In this document: positions 10,501 to 21,982 of the stretch, in pieces
Layout: each line of letters opens with the position of its first letter
Position numbering within the stretch: the stretch's first letter is position 1
Assembly (NCBI GenBank): GCA_032718475.1
Contig: JAUCBJ010006937.1
Coordinates: forward strand, 124,001-188,000
Length of the DNA: 64,000 nt
Origin: Nemertoderma westbladi
Lineage: Eukaryota > Animalia > Xenacoelomorpha
Reading direction: 5' to 3'
Program-made: the position numbers and the translations under genes
The notes under the pieces: generated by a model
What the model was told of the DNA's origin: nothing
Seen by the model: only the letters and a program-made list of their open reading frames with translations
Database searches by the model: none

Positions 10501-11568
10501 TGCCGTTTGTCGCTCTAACTCGGCTGCTGCCGTTCGTTGCGCTAACTCGGCCGCTGCCGCTTGTTGGGCAATGTCCAACTCTAACCTTTCCATTTCGGCC
10601 GCTTCGAGTTCGGCTTGTTCCTGCAGATGAGAGATTCTCGCTACATTCGCAACACGTATTTTCTCTTCCTCTACTGCTGTTTGTATCATTAGAAGTTGAG
10701 CTTGTTCTTCCATCTCGTGTTGCTGTCTGTAGAACTGCTGCTGTTGTCGAGCAACTTCTGACGTGACCATACTTCCCTCGCAGATTTCGCTGCGAATACT
10801 TACCAGCGATTGATTTAGTATTCCCGGTGCCGATTCGATTTGTGCGAATGAAGTTTCCCTCGTGTATTCCGGCACGGTTTCCAAATCGCCGACGTCTTCG
10901 CCGCACATGCGTAAGTGGTCCGTCAGGTGTTTCAATTGTCCATCCAGTCGGTACAGTTCCTGTTCTTCCTCGGGCTGTAATAATTCGTCCGAAACTGACT
11001 CACCTAACAACTGGTCCGCTTGTTCCTGTTGTATCTGTCTAATCGTCGACTTAAACTGAATCAGTTTCTCTCTAGCGATCATTAGTTTCTCGAGGATTCT
11101 AAGTTGAGTATCCATGTCCTGTCTCTGTCTAGCTAGATCTTGTAGACCAATTAGGTTATCTACGGACTTGTGTACTCTACTTTGTACTCTAACCTGGAGG
11201 GTGTAGAACTCGAATCGAGACATCGGAGCGGTCAACTCGTCTAATATGCGATGACCTTCTCCAATACTCCTGGTTATATGCGCCATATATCCTCCGACGC
11301 TTCTAACCACACTTTCTGTGCTTCCTGCTGAACTTACCATGTCCGATTCCCTATATCTAGGTTGCGGAACAGTTAGAAAGTCCTCGGTCCTGCCGTCGCC
11401 TCGTACTACGGCATCCGGTACTCCCGTTGGATGTACTGGTGACGCACACGGTGTAGGTTCGGTAGGCTCGCGAGTCTTCCCCTGTGGTTCTTCCGCTGCT
11501 GACTTATCCGCGTCACACGAGTCATAGTCGGTAGGTGTGTTCTTCGTATAGTCTTGTTTGTCACTCAT
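7564..11568 (-). CDS. gag: Gag-protease of element A
   Basis: 1334-aa ORF: AAAELERQT coiled-coil repeats, PKFSG capsid-like motif, three Cys/His knuckles, AILDSASSHSYV protease; pol continues in another frame from about 7603. Confidence 0.93.
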   Translation of the reverse strand: MSDKQDYTKNTPTDYDSCDADKSAAEEPQGKTREPTEPTPCASPVHPTGVPDAVVRGDGRTEDFLTVPQPRYRESDMVSSAGSTESVVRSVGGYMAHITRSIGEGHRILDELTAPMSRFEFYTLQVRVQSRVHKSVDNLIGLQDLARQRQDMDTQLRILEKLMIAREKLIQFKSTIRQIQQEQADQLLGESVSDELLQPEEEQELYRLDGQLKHLTDHLRMCGEDVGDLETVPEYTRETSFAQIESAPGILNQSLVSIRSEICEGSMVTSEVARQQQQFYRQQHEMEEQAQLLMIQTAVEEEKIRVANVARISHLQEQAELEAAEMERLELDIAQQAAAAELAQRTAAAELERQTAAAAAAAELERQTATAELAQRTAAAELERQTAAAELERQRLVSEARVEMKTRQIKAQQAIRQAEFEAQQQQTEQREKEVKLRFELEKRARELAETKENLDLLARDRSMRSRDGHDLDQLEVRHRQIQERKKEGSIGAPRRERQLVKDVCQRFPQVTHMFAPVTTKEPVSIAGSSDISPIHGATEHRFVIPDEFIPPRATSSPIPRVKVSNPPITDRSSLLTGPALLTTKQVSPPLTPKPVTHYAYPMTFRPTRPVVSNAVIRPPVQFTSQSTTSRKTCEPTEQRRTVDTRPFNQFTSQSTTSRKTCEPTEQRRSVDDVPKRAVRIRTTQRTRARRPPYPDDSSTSSESDYPKREVFRTGAADEYKRERSDNSFADNPPQNTPTQKALQPTDAISTQQFADILRPVVNKLAQIEERLEEVQTDSSRNTEFEHNRHPKAPQRPVPSNPTSYQGKAPRRENINQCTNQGRETLNVAEEIAKFAARQGLPVQQPPKFSGSSKHWHTFVDYIESQIAVCAFTSREKFNYLLQTLSGEPKRLAETFVGVPDAFELAYDRLTSIYGGTVSMARSVIEELCKGGAITKPVDLLKLADEIKNAITTLRSIGQLDYGNTPTVLLKIIGRLHHRLRREWRKVEYQREERGGFLKLEDVYLLISREAVVETRSNYTDQHIVAEGITLPSSNRQKPQTTSTKTATYATPTESRQFSDGNRVSAPIGTKQTRQQLSADFNGCQYCEHLGKRYIGHKLRGCRQFRELNSEERRLQIRPLDSCWRCTRHGHVRKDCPNTDTCPSCGRNHDGLLHTDSHTPTKRFAREHPEAAARCDAAYRKRESKTTPTFVTHIEDCFSEQSGSSDEESEDDDVYSNGDEQPSIALLTTDQLKGFSVIPIKVTGTKGSKRIYAILDSASSHSYVDEKIADVVTDLKQGKHVSYTVSSMHGQRAIPVTRVKLDLDSLLPKSQHSERERSLLPFREPLRPRRTLVTY

Positions 11569-11651
11569 TTCGGTAGTTGTAAGTCAAGTGAAGTGAGTGT
11601 CAAAGTATCGAGTTTACCGTATTTGTATAAAACGGTACTAATTACAGTCAT

Positions 11652-11776
11652 ATAAAATTAGCCTACCGGCCGATTTTATAGCAGATGGATAAAATTAGCC
11701 TAAACGGCCAATTTTACAGCAAATAAATGTCACGGAATAAGTATATAATAAAATTAGCCTAGCGGCCAATTTTATA
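11652..11776 (-). repeat. Three dispersed hairpin repeats in the leader of A just upstream of gag
   Basis: TAAAATTAGCCT-N2/3-CGGCC(A/G)ATTTTA three times with different loops. Confidence 0.75.
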
Positions 11777-13725
11777 ACAAATAAATCGGATAACGATATG
11801 CGTTATCAAAAGGTAAATTAAATACAATAATACGGACTAATTCAGCAATGAACAAAGAAATCATACGGAATGCATAAATACTTGAGACAGTGGAACCCAC
11901 AATAATTTTAACTAATACGGTAATGCCTAACTTATTTATGCAACTTTTCGAACTCACCCACTCCAATAATTCTCCAGAAAAACAGATTCCCAGATACAAA
12001 CCGGACGTGAACCTTTCCGTTTTTAACGTTGCGGACGAAACGCGATTTTCCCAACCAAAGTTGTTGAGTTATCTATCTCCCAAACTTGCTAAACACGGTC
12101 TTGCTCCCGTTACAGCCTAGAAATGAGTTCTGAATCCTGAAAAAACAAAAGAGTTAGGTTTTACTTTACGAAAATTTTGTACCGGTACAATATGGTATTT
12201 AAACCCTTTTTAAACACCGGTATTCAATTCCAAAATATTTTACACGCGGTTTTAATCAAATTTTATTTCAAAAAATTAGCACTTAGCTAATCAAATGCGA
12301 ATTTTTACCTCAAAATACAAAATTTTCAAATAACTTTAGTCCTACCGAACCGTAGTTCAGTAAAACATATTCCTACTAAATTGGAGAGATACGCCTATTC
12401 CTACTATCGGAAGAGACGGTAACAATACCTGCAATATCCTACTGTAAAGTTTGTAAATCAAATCATAAATCCGACCTTCTCACCAAAACAGTAAACCCTA
12501 AGTAAGCGAATATATTGCAGTATCGATCTCTTTTAACCGGTGAGGCAGAAAACAGTCTACGAGCAGACAAAACTTCGATAAAACAAAATCCCGCGCAGCG
12601 AATCCTAAAATCAGGCTGACTCACTGACGGACTAAGGGGCTCGTATACTTTGCCGCGGTGTGATTTATATGGTTGGGCGAAGAGACGCTAGCTAGGTACA
12701 GAGGCAGATATTTGGAGATGTCTAACTAGCGAGCAAAGTGCAGTAAGGACGAAAGTTAATTTTATATATTTTGAGGTGTAAATAATTTTTTAACGCGCGT
12801 GTGTTAATTCTGAACGGTCAAAGCAGTTTTGCTCCTTCACATATATAATTACTGGGTACGGTGTGCATTTTACGAATATTCTAATTTTATAACTTGTAGG
12901 TCCAATACTCACGAATGATAAGGTTCCTTCCCCTCTTGCGTATTTCCAGGACTCAAATTCAGGCATAAGGTTAATACTACGCCCAGAATTCGGCAATTTT
13001 TGGTACCAGGTCCCTGATACTAAGAAGAGATGTGTTAGTTTACTACTGTAGGCGTACGGGTACTAATAGCTATCCTGGCTCCTATCTAGAATTTTAGTCA
13101 CCCAGGTAGTCCAGGTAACTTCCTATTAGGGCGTTGGCGGGGACACGGTAGATGTTAGTATATCCCTGATAGCCTCAATTTATTTGCGCCTAGCGTAAAC
13201 TGCCCTACCGCCTGAACGGTACAATCCCAATTCAGGTGAAAACACAGCAACCCCCCTAGCCTACAAGTTCTAATGCACTGGACACCGTTGTACGGCAAAT
13301 AGTCGCACACGCACCTGTACTTAGCAGGAGTTAAGCGTACAGTTTGCTGCACCCTAACCAATGTGTATGCCTTGTACCGGTGTGCCTACGTCCTATCTGC
13401 GTACTAGTATCTCTGCTCTCTCTCCCTCCCCCCCCCGTAGGAATATGAAGGTCTACTGCGGTTTTTCCTGAATCAAGACAGTACAGTCCCTATGATGTAA
13501 TTTTGGGCTTACAGCGTGTCACTACGTCTACCTTTTGATCTTTTGGTCTTACACTTAGGTAGCAAGGATCGAACGCTGTCTAACCTTTCAGGCGATGGGC
13601 GAATAACTCTAGATGGTATTGCGGGTTGTCTCTCGTCTACATTCCCGTGATGTTCCCGTTCATTGCTGCGGCCCGATCTCTAGCTGGCCATCCTGTCCCC
13701 GAGTTTGTTCACCGTAGTGAAACCA

Positions 13726-14310
13726 TAGTAAAACAGATAGAAAAGCTGAGATGTGACTGGTATTTCTGACTTTTATTACAAAAGATACAATTATAATACA
13801 ATGTAATCTGAGAATAAACTAAGCACGACAGAATAAATGATTGTATATTAGGTAATGGTTGAGAGAGATAACTAATGAACGAATCGCACCTTTATATACT
13901 AAATTTGTGCTGCAATCAATCGAGAAAATTCTCGATTGTTCTATGGGTTCTAACGAGGTTTTAAAGATAGCTTATTGGTCCAGCTAATATATAACTTGCA
14001 CGACATTGGTTACAATCAAATAACTACAGCCTTATTGGTACAGACAAATGCAATTAATTTGTAGCGGTAAATTTAAATGAGTTGAAATTCTGCACAAAAA
14101 ATAATTCGCACTTACTAGGATTCGAACTCGATACCTACTACACATATAATTTCCAACGCTCTACCAACTGAGCTACTGAACCACTTGACCGATAGATGCA
14201 TAATAGATAGAACCAATACTAATGAGAACTCAAAGCAATCTTTACAAAGTTAATTCGAATAAAATAAAATTTTGAAAATCCACGGCATTTAGGGAATATA
14301 ATTCTATACA
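13726..14310 (-). repeat. 5' LTR of element A (3' end at 13726 or 13752)
   Basis: Starts TGTATAG; on the minus strand three CCAAT boxes (~14035, 14008, 13976), TATATAAA ~13891-13898, AATAAA ~13772-13777; second LTR not in window. Confidence 0.72.
14096..14182 (-). ncRNA. tRNA-derived Pol III unit inside the LTR of A
   Basis: GGTTCAGTAGCTCAGTTGGTAGAGCG (A box/D arm), GAGTTCGAATCC (B box), then T6; anticodon and acceptor arms non-canonical. Confidence 0.65.
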
Positions 14311-16264
14311 ATAAGATGATAGATGCCTATATAGCAATGTTATTTAATAAACTGAACTGAATTATTCTGCAATCACTATAGTTTCAGACTTTCTGGACTT
14401 ATAATTAACTGATCTAATTTGTAACGGATATAATCGTAAATATGGACCCAAATCGCCAAATTATCGGCGAATTACGTAACACGATAGATCTACTGGAATA
14501 TTCGCAACCCGGATCCCCTGACTTTGATACAAATTGGAGCACCCTGCTAAATGAGAACGTGCGAGTCGTTAAATTCACCGGGCGAGAGGGACCGGATTCC
14601 AAGAATCTACGAGCCCTCCGGTTAGCCGATGCTAGTACGAGACTGAAAAGAACTCAGAACGCAAAGGCAACCGGAGGGGAGGATTCGTCGTTTTGGGAAA
14701 TGTTCCGGCAAAGCGTCTACAGATCCCGATGTTTGATCTACGACAACGAGGGAAACGCGACGCCTACCTCGAAAGCGATTACGTTGGCGAGATGTCAAAG
14801 TTTCGTCGACGACAAGAGTACGTACCTCGCCCACTGGGGAAACCTGTCGGAGTGTACGGCGACGCTTCGAGAGGAACGTATATCGACCATCCAGAATCGC
14901 GACGACTACCAAGAAAAGTACGGGGCGAAAGAATACGGTCGATCCTTGGTCGTCGTCCTCGGAACACTGGACGGTTTGGTATTGGTGTGTCGAATATTTA
15001 CGACGCCCAGACAGGAAGTGCAGGCAGCCGGAGCGATCTGGTTGCTACCTCCGGAAATCCAAAAGATCCTCTTCGACTTCGATGTCATTAAAATCGGGTC
15101 GGATATAAAGGCGGACGTCCGGAACGACTACGCGAACGCTCCCTCAGGAAGAAACCGACGGGACGACCTCAACGCCCTAAGCCATTGCGTCGACACTCAA
15201 ACGCTACTAGCCTGGTTATGATTCTCCGAGTTCATGCGAGGATTCCGGGAGGTAAGACCGACGAAATCCGGGATCGGCTACCTCGCTGTGCTAAACGGCG
15301 GCATCGACTTCAAACCCCAGAAATTCCGGGACTATAATAAAATATATGGTGGATACCCGGGATTAGAAATAAAGAGCGAGCGAGGGGGTTGATGGAAGGA
15401 TGTTGACCGGAAGTGGACGATACACCAAAGGTGGGAGAATCCCGATCGACGGAACTACGTCTACGTCGTTATGGAGTGCTACACCGTCGCTAAGTTTATC
15501 TGTAAAACTCTCGATAACCTCATTACGGCGGTTCCTCTTTCCTTCGTCGACTACGACTGGAACGAGGTTATAAACCACGCATTCAAAGCGGTCGAGAACA
15601 TCACACCGGGAGAGACTAAACGAAAACGCTCGCCGTTATCGATTCCTGGGACGAGAGCGGACCTTACGACATCCCCACGATTACGGATCTTCTCGGTGCG
15701 GAGGAGCCTCTGATCTCTTCGGAAGGGGAAGAAATATGGCTAAACGAGGGCATTCTTCTCTCCACCCCGAAGCGACAACTCGAGCCAGAGGCCGCTTACC
15801 AACCGGCCGCCAAACGGGTTGCCTCCACCGAACCTACGACGGAAGCGGGCGTTTCCTCACCACTCGGCTTCGGTAGCCCTGCGAGGGAGTTGGTTACTAC
15901 CTTAATTAAATGACTTCGGCGATACGTGCCAAAGGTTATCCCCGTATCCTTTCCCGGGTGGCGAAGACTGGTCGTCGGAGATTCCGAGTACCAGCAATCA
16001 ACTGACCCGCTCAGCGATATTGGTCGAGAAGGGCCCCAGCGCTGCGCCGACTCCCGACGATCTCCTCGGAATCCCTCCGTCGAAAACCCCGGCACCTCTT
16101 CGCCGACCAGCGGTGGCTACTACACCCTCCGTTCCTCAGGATCCTATGCGACTAACCCGTTGGTACGCCGAGCAAACCGAATGGATCCACCGCCAGAAAC
16201 GGTCGTCCGAGTTGAGGCCGACGGGACACAAAGAAGGTTATCGGAGCGAAGAACTACTACACCA
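14311..16264 (+). repeat. Near-identical copy of 22863-24818 (ORF3 leader and 5' two-thirds)
   Basis: About 1.95 kb with roughly six substitutions and one 2-nt length difference by eye; identity ends after GAACTACTACACCA. Confidence 0.95.
14442..16264 (+). pseudogene. Truncated ORF3 exonuclease of copy B'
   Basis: Same protein as 22994 onward (IYDNEG 14739-14753); stops at 15219 and ~15390, truncated at the junction with gag. Confidence 0.85.
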
Positions 16265-19200
16265 TTTACATCCACACCACAAACCCGTAGTCACGTCATC
16301 ATTAAAACTCCACCTATCATTGATCCATCGAGTATGGGAGTGAGTGCCAATAACTATAACCCTCCGAGTCACTCCAGTTCAGACGACGTCAGTATTATCC
16401 GGGCGTTGGAAAACCGCCTTGCCATGCCTAAGATAGAGATCCGCACCTTTGAAGGAGATCCCGTCGATTACCTCAGATTCAAGAAACGGTTCTTTGCGCA
16501 GATTGGATCAACGGACATAGCCGACGCACAGAAATTGGTATATTTATTGCAATACCTGGGTGACAAACCACGCAGAATTATTGCATGTTTTGAGGGAGGT
16601 TCTCATGAGGCATACTATGACGCATGGAAAACTCTAGATAAAAGATACGGAAATACCGGAACTATAATTAATAAAACTCTAGAGAGACTGATACAGGACG
16701 CGGGATCACTAGGGGACCCACAGAACATCCAGGAATTCTCCGACTCTATGAAGGATGCCTACTATACTCTGAAACCCTTAAATAAGGAGGACCAGGTGAA
16801 CAACATTCTAAACCTCCGACAGATCGCCCGGAAGTTCCCCGTATGGCTACAAAGTAAGTGGGCTTATAAATGCGTAGATCTCCGGCGCAGACATCCAGAT
16901 CGAGATCCTAGCTTCCTTGAAATGTCGGCATTCCTGGACGATATTTCCGAAGCCATGAATGACTCGATGTTTTTAAAACAGAGTCTCGCCAAGTTGGACG
17001 GAATAGAGAGCAACTCCAGGAGTAAGATAACCCCTCCGAAACCGAGATTCCGCCCTCCACCGGTGAGTACGATGGCCATCACCATGGCCGAGGATTCCGA
17101 CGACGAAGACTACGAGGAACCGACATCCGCTGAGGAATGGGCATGTTATCTCGCGAATTGGGCACCCGAAAGGGAAGGCATCACAAATTCCCTGCTCTGT
17201 CTCTTCTGTGGAGAGAAACATAAAGTGGAATTCTGCAGGAAGTTTCAGTTCGCCGAACTCGTCCCACGCCTCAAGGCGATAATGAAACACCGAGGATGCT
17301 TCCGGTGTCTTGGAACAGGTCACTATGTTCGGGATTGCGACCAAAGATCATGCTGTGCCGTCTGTAACGACCAACGTTATCACACGCTCCTCCACATCCC
17401 CGCGAACTTCGATTTCACTACCCTCCCCTTTCAGATCGAAGCCAAGCGAAGAGGAGAAACAAACCACGTTTTCAAAGGAACCCGGACAACCCAACGGAGA
17501 GAAACCAACCCGTTTAAAATCTCCACCGATACACCACAAGTAACAAATATTTCGGCCACGATTAATCTTATAAATCGCCGCTACATGGTCTTCGCAAAGG
17601 TAATCCCAGTAAGGATTCAAGGAGTCGGCAAATCCTTGACGACGCTCGCGTTCCTTGATAACGGGTCCGACGGAACCATCATCGACCGGGATTTCCTCGA
17701 GCAACTCGGCCTAGAATATGAACCTTGTAAACGGCCCATACAAACCATCACCGATAACAGAGAGGTAGAGTCCGGGGAGGTGCAACTCCAGATGGAAGGA
17801 GTGATGAAGGGCTACGAAACGGTTAAGTTAACCATCAAGAACGCCTTGGTACACACAGACCTCCGAGTGCGGTTCCGACAATCAGCCGAGTATGCCCCCC
17901 TCATACAATTGGACCGAGACGATATAGATCTGAGGTGTCCGCAGTTGGACGTAAACCGCATCACCCTACTGATCGGACTTGATACACCGGCACTACACAT
18001 CCCCACCGGAGATATCGCCCGATCCATAAAACAGGACGACGGATTTTATGCTGAACGAACAATAATGGGATGGACACTCTGCGGCATTAAGGAAGAAACT
18101 ACTGACACCTATACCTACCTTCCCAAATGTCAGATTAAAGAGAATGCAACCTCCGTGGGTTATTGCTCAGCTACGGACATTGACGAGGATTTGTTTCTAG
18201 AGACCGAGAAAACCCAACAAGAGATGACGAAATATTTTAATCTAGAGACCCAGGAGTTCGCTGAAAAGGACGAAAACCCGTCCGAAGAGGATCAATATTG
18301 TATGGACGTTCTCGACCAGGCCACGTTCAAAGACGGACACTGGTGTTCACCTATGTTATGGAAGGACCCAAACAAACCAATGGCAAACAACGCCAGCATG
18401 GCACTTAGGCGACTTAAGGGGATTCTACGCCGGCTGAATGACCAACCCGAGATAAAGGAGAAATATAATACCGTAATCCAAGGATATCTCGACGATGGAT
18501 TAGCAGAAATGGTACCACGGAATGAACTGCAAGGTGGTAAAAGAACATATTATCTCCCAACCCACTATGTGGTAGAAGCCCGGAAGGGTGGGAAAATCCG
18601 AGTGGTAAATGATGCCGCCGCTACGTACCAGGGTGAATCCCTAAACAGTCAGCTTTACACGGGACCCAACATATATAGTACACTCATCGGCGTACTGATC
18701 AGGTTCAGGGAAAACCGGGTAGCATTCACCTGCGACATCAAGGCCATGTTTCATCAAGTTCATACGCTACCAAGAGACTCAGACTGTCTACGTATCCTAT
18801 GGACGGATAAAACACTAACTCAACAGGAGATTAGTCAACTTACGATAAAGGACGTAGACATAATGCGTATGGTTGTCAGGATCTTCGGCGCTAAGGACTC
18901 GCCGGTAGCATGCAGTGACATGCTGAAGAGGACGGCAACTATGTGCGAAAACGAGTTGCCTCCAACCATCATAGAAACCATCCGACGATGCTTTTACGTG
19001 GACGATGGATGCGCCGGCGCAGATAATGTGGACGAGGCATACCGGCTAGCAATGGGGATGGTAGAATATCTAAAGAAAGGAGGTTTTCCGCTCGTGAAGT
19101 TCAGATCCCACGACAAAACCCTTATGGAAAAGTTTCCGGAGGACATCCGACTGGAAAATAACAAAATGTATTCGGAGGATGTGGAACATCGTGTACTCGG

Positions 19201-21705
19201 GATTGAATGGGACATAGAATCAGACGAATTCATCTTCAAATATAAACCCCTACCCAAGCCTATGACAAAAAGGGGATGTTTGTCGATAAAAAGCACCATC
19301 TTCGACCCACTAAATTTCATATCTCCAGTAACCTTGGCCGGAATGAACCTGATTAAGGAAATGTGGATAGAAGGACTGGGATGGGACGAAGAGCTCCCCC
19401 CACACCTCAGCGTCAAATGGAGAAAATGGACGGAGCAGCTCGAACACCTACATCTTATGCGGATACCTAGACCGTTCTTCCTCGATAAACTACCCACCGA
19501 TATCTTCCAGCTCCATACCTTCTCGGATGCTTCGAATACCGGAATTGGCGTAGTCACCTTCTTACGAAGACTCAGCAACGATGGAAACGGCGATACGAGC
19601 TTCTTATTTTCTAAAGCCAAGACAGTATCCGGGGAATTCGTAGCAACGATTCCAAGACTCGAGCCACAGGCTGCAGTTTGGGCAGTAAGACAGAATCGCA
19701 TGGTCATGCAGAACCTACGGATCCCCATTGAGTCTCAACACTTCTGGGTTGATTCGAGTATAGTTCTCTATTATCTCCACTCTCCATCACGGCTTCACAC
19801 TACATTTGTAGCGAACCGAGCCACAGAGATAAAACAGTGTACCGGCCGAGAACAGTGGCACCATGTAAACGGGAAAGAAAACCCAGCGGACTTATCAAGC
19901 CGAGGCGCCACCCCAAAACAACTCGGTAAAAGTAAACTCTGGCTTACAGGCCCGGAATTCCTACTACAGCCACAATTAACATGGAGTACCCGATTCGACC
20001 CCGAACTCGATAGCGGAAAATACTCCGAGGACGATAAAGAGATCCGTAAAATCCATAGAAGCAACGCAGTGGAAATTTATAGCTGTCTGACTGAGCCTGC
20101 AAAGGACTCGGGCAGGCACTATAACGTTGCGACGATCATTCAACCAGCGGCGTCTTTACATCTGTTGATCGAGCGAACCTCATCAATGAGACGGCTCATC
20201 CACCACATTATAACCCTTCGCAACTTCCTACGGTGGAAAGACAACAAGCCGATAGTTCAACGGAGTATACAAGAACTCATTATCGCGGAGAAGTGTATCG
20301 TTGGATATGTTCAGAGAGAAAGTTTCCCCGATGAGTGGGAACAACTCAGTGCGGGCAAAACATTGAAACCGGACAGCCCAGTCTACCAACTGAGACCAAT
20401 GATGGGAGAGGACGGACTGATCCAACTGAATACCCGGATGGCAAACGCCCCGGTCGAATATGAGGTTAAATACCCAGCGCTTCTGCCCGGAACGTTGACA
20501 CTAGCTAAGCTATTAATTCTACAATGCCACGAGGACAATCACGCAGGACAGAACTGGATTATAGCTAATATAAGACAAAGATATTGGATCACCCACATCC
20601 AGCCACTGATCTGGAAAGTGTTGAAACGTTGCTTTACCTGCAGACGTTATCTAGCGCCACCAATCACCCAAAAGATGGCCGACTTACCAGCCACCCGTCT
20701 ACAAGCAGATTCCCCACCGTTCTACGTCACTGGAGTGGACTGTTTCGGCCCGTTTACGGTCATCGAACGACGATCCAACATCAAATGCTGGGGAGCCATC
20801 TTCACCTGCCTAAGCGCCTAAGGTCTAGGGCAATCTACCTAGACATTGTGGTGAACCTTACGCAACACGCATTCATCAACGCTCTGCGTCGGTTCGTGGC
20901 AAGCAATGGGACATGTCGTCACATGTATTCCGATAATGGCATGAACTTTGTGGGAGGAGAAAGAGAACTTAGAGAGGCGATCGAGGGATGGTTTACCGAT
21001 AACACCGCATCCCAAGTCTGGAAGGAACACCAGATACAGTGGCACTTCCAGACCCCCTTAGCACCCCATACGAGCGGGATATGGGAGAAACTGATCGACC
21101 TAGTGAAACGGTCAATGCGCGTCGCTCTAGGAGACACCCGGGTAACCCATGACACCCTCCGCACAACATTCTGCGAGATCACAGCTACCCTGAACAACCG
21201 GCCCATTGTCCCTATCCGCGACGACCCCACAGACCTGGAGCCCCTCACTCCTAACCACCTACTGGGGAGACCTAAAACTCAAGTTCTCCCGGAGACAATG
21301 TTTCCGGATCCCAACGATATTGCGAGACATACAAACTGGAAAAAGGCCCAAGCGTTGGCAGCACATTGGTGGAGAATCTGGGCCCAGGAGTACCTCATAA
21401 CCCTCCGGACCAGGAGGAAATGGAACAACACCTACCGGAACGTCGCAGTTGGCGACATGGTACTAGTAAAAGAAGATCTCAAAGACCACGTTCACTGGCC
21501 TGTGGCGCGGGTCGTGACCATACACCCAAGCAAAGACGGACTTGCGAGGACTGTGACGATACGAACGGCATCGGGCCACTACCAACGCCCTATCCAGAGG
21601 CTGTGCCTTCTTGAAGGCAATGATAGCGGTGACTCTACGAGAGGTGATAAGTTCCCTACTCAAGATCCTGCTGCAGACATCGGTGACAATGATAAATGCG
21701 TTTGA
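16265..21705 (+). pseudogene. gag-pol: Gag-Pol polyprotein of B, 5'-truncated, one frameshift in integrase
   Basis: ORFs 15926-20821 and 20584-21705: TFEGD, CCHC knuckles, FLDNGS protease, FYVDDG, FSDAS, GVDCFGP, SDNGMNF; 8-nt insertion at 20808-20815. Confidence 0.93.
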
Positions 21706-21982
21706 ACCCTTCTTATCCTGTTGACAAACTCTTTTAAACTATGATTTATCGACGTTGAAATGGACCCCCCTTAAACCAACTGTAAACACGCAATGGTATT
21801 TGTGTTTACTCGTGTGTTATGTGGAGTCCAGCGTCACCCTGCAGATGTTTCGACTGACGCAGGGTCGTTTATGTATAGTTTACCCTGATTTTGGTCATCG
21901 GGACCAACGATATTGGATTATTGGAGATGGTAAAGATTTGAAGTGGAATTCATTGTATTCATCGCAGTATGTTATGTTGTCC

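Larger units (their letters stand above)
1..14310 (-). mobile_element. BEL/Pao LTR retrotransposon A (LTR-gag-pro-pol-ORF3), 3' end outside window
   Basis: Pao-type gag with CCHC knuckles, protease LDSAS, RT FYVDD, Pao RNase H FSDAS, integrase GIDCFGP/SDQGTNF/WERL; LTR starts TGT at 14310 exactly where the B' copy begins, implying insertion of A into B'. Confidence 0.93.

Noticed and set aside
14114-14182. Functional tRNA gene
   Set aside because: Acceptor and anticodon stems do not pair canonically
15926-16264. N-terminus of the 1631-aa ORF as genuine Gag
   Set aside because: It is an alternative frame of duplicated ORF3 DNA fused by deletion
18254-18275. Possible extra copy of the B hairpin (TTCGCTGAAAAGGACGAA) in pol
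   Set aside because: Too short and degenerate to distinguish from chance
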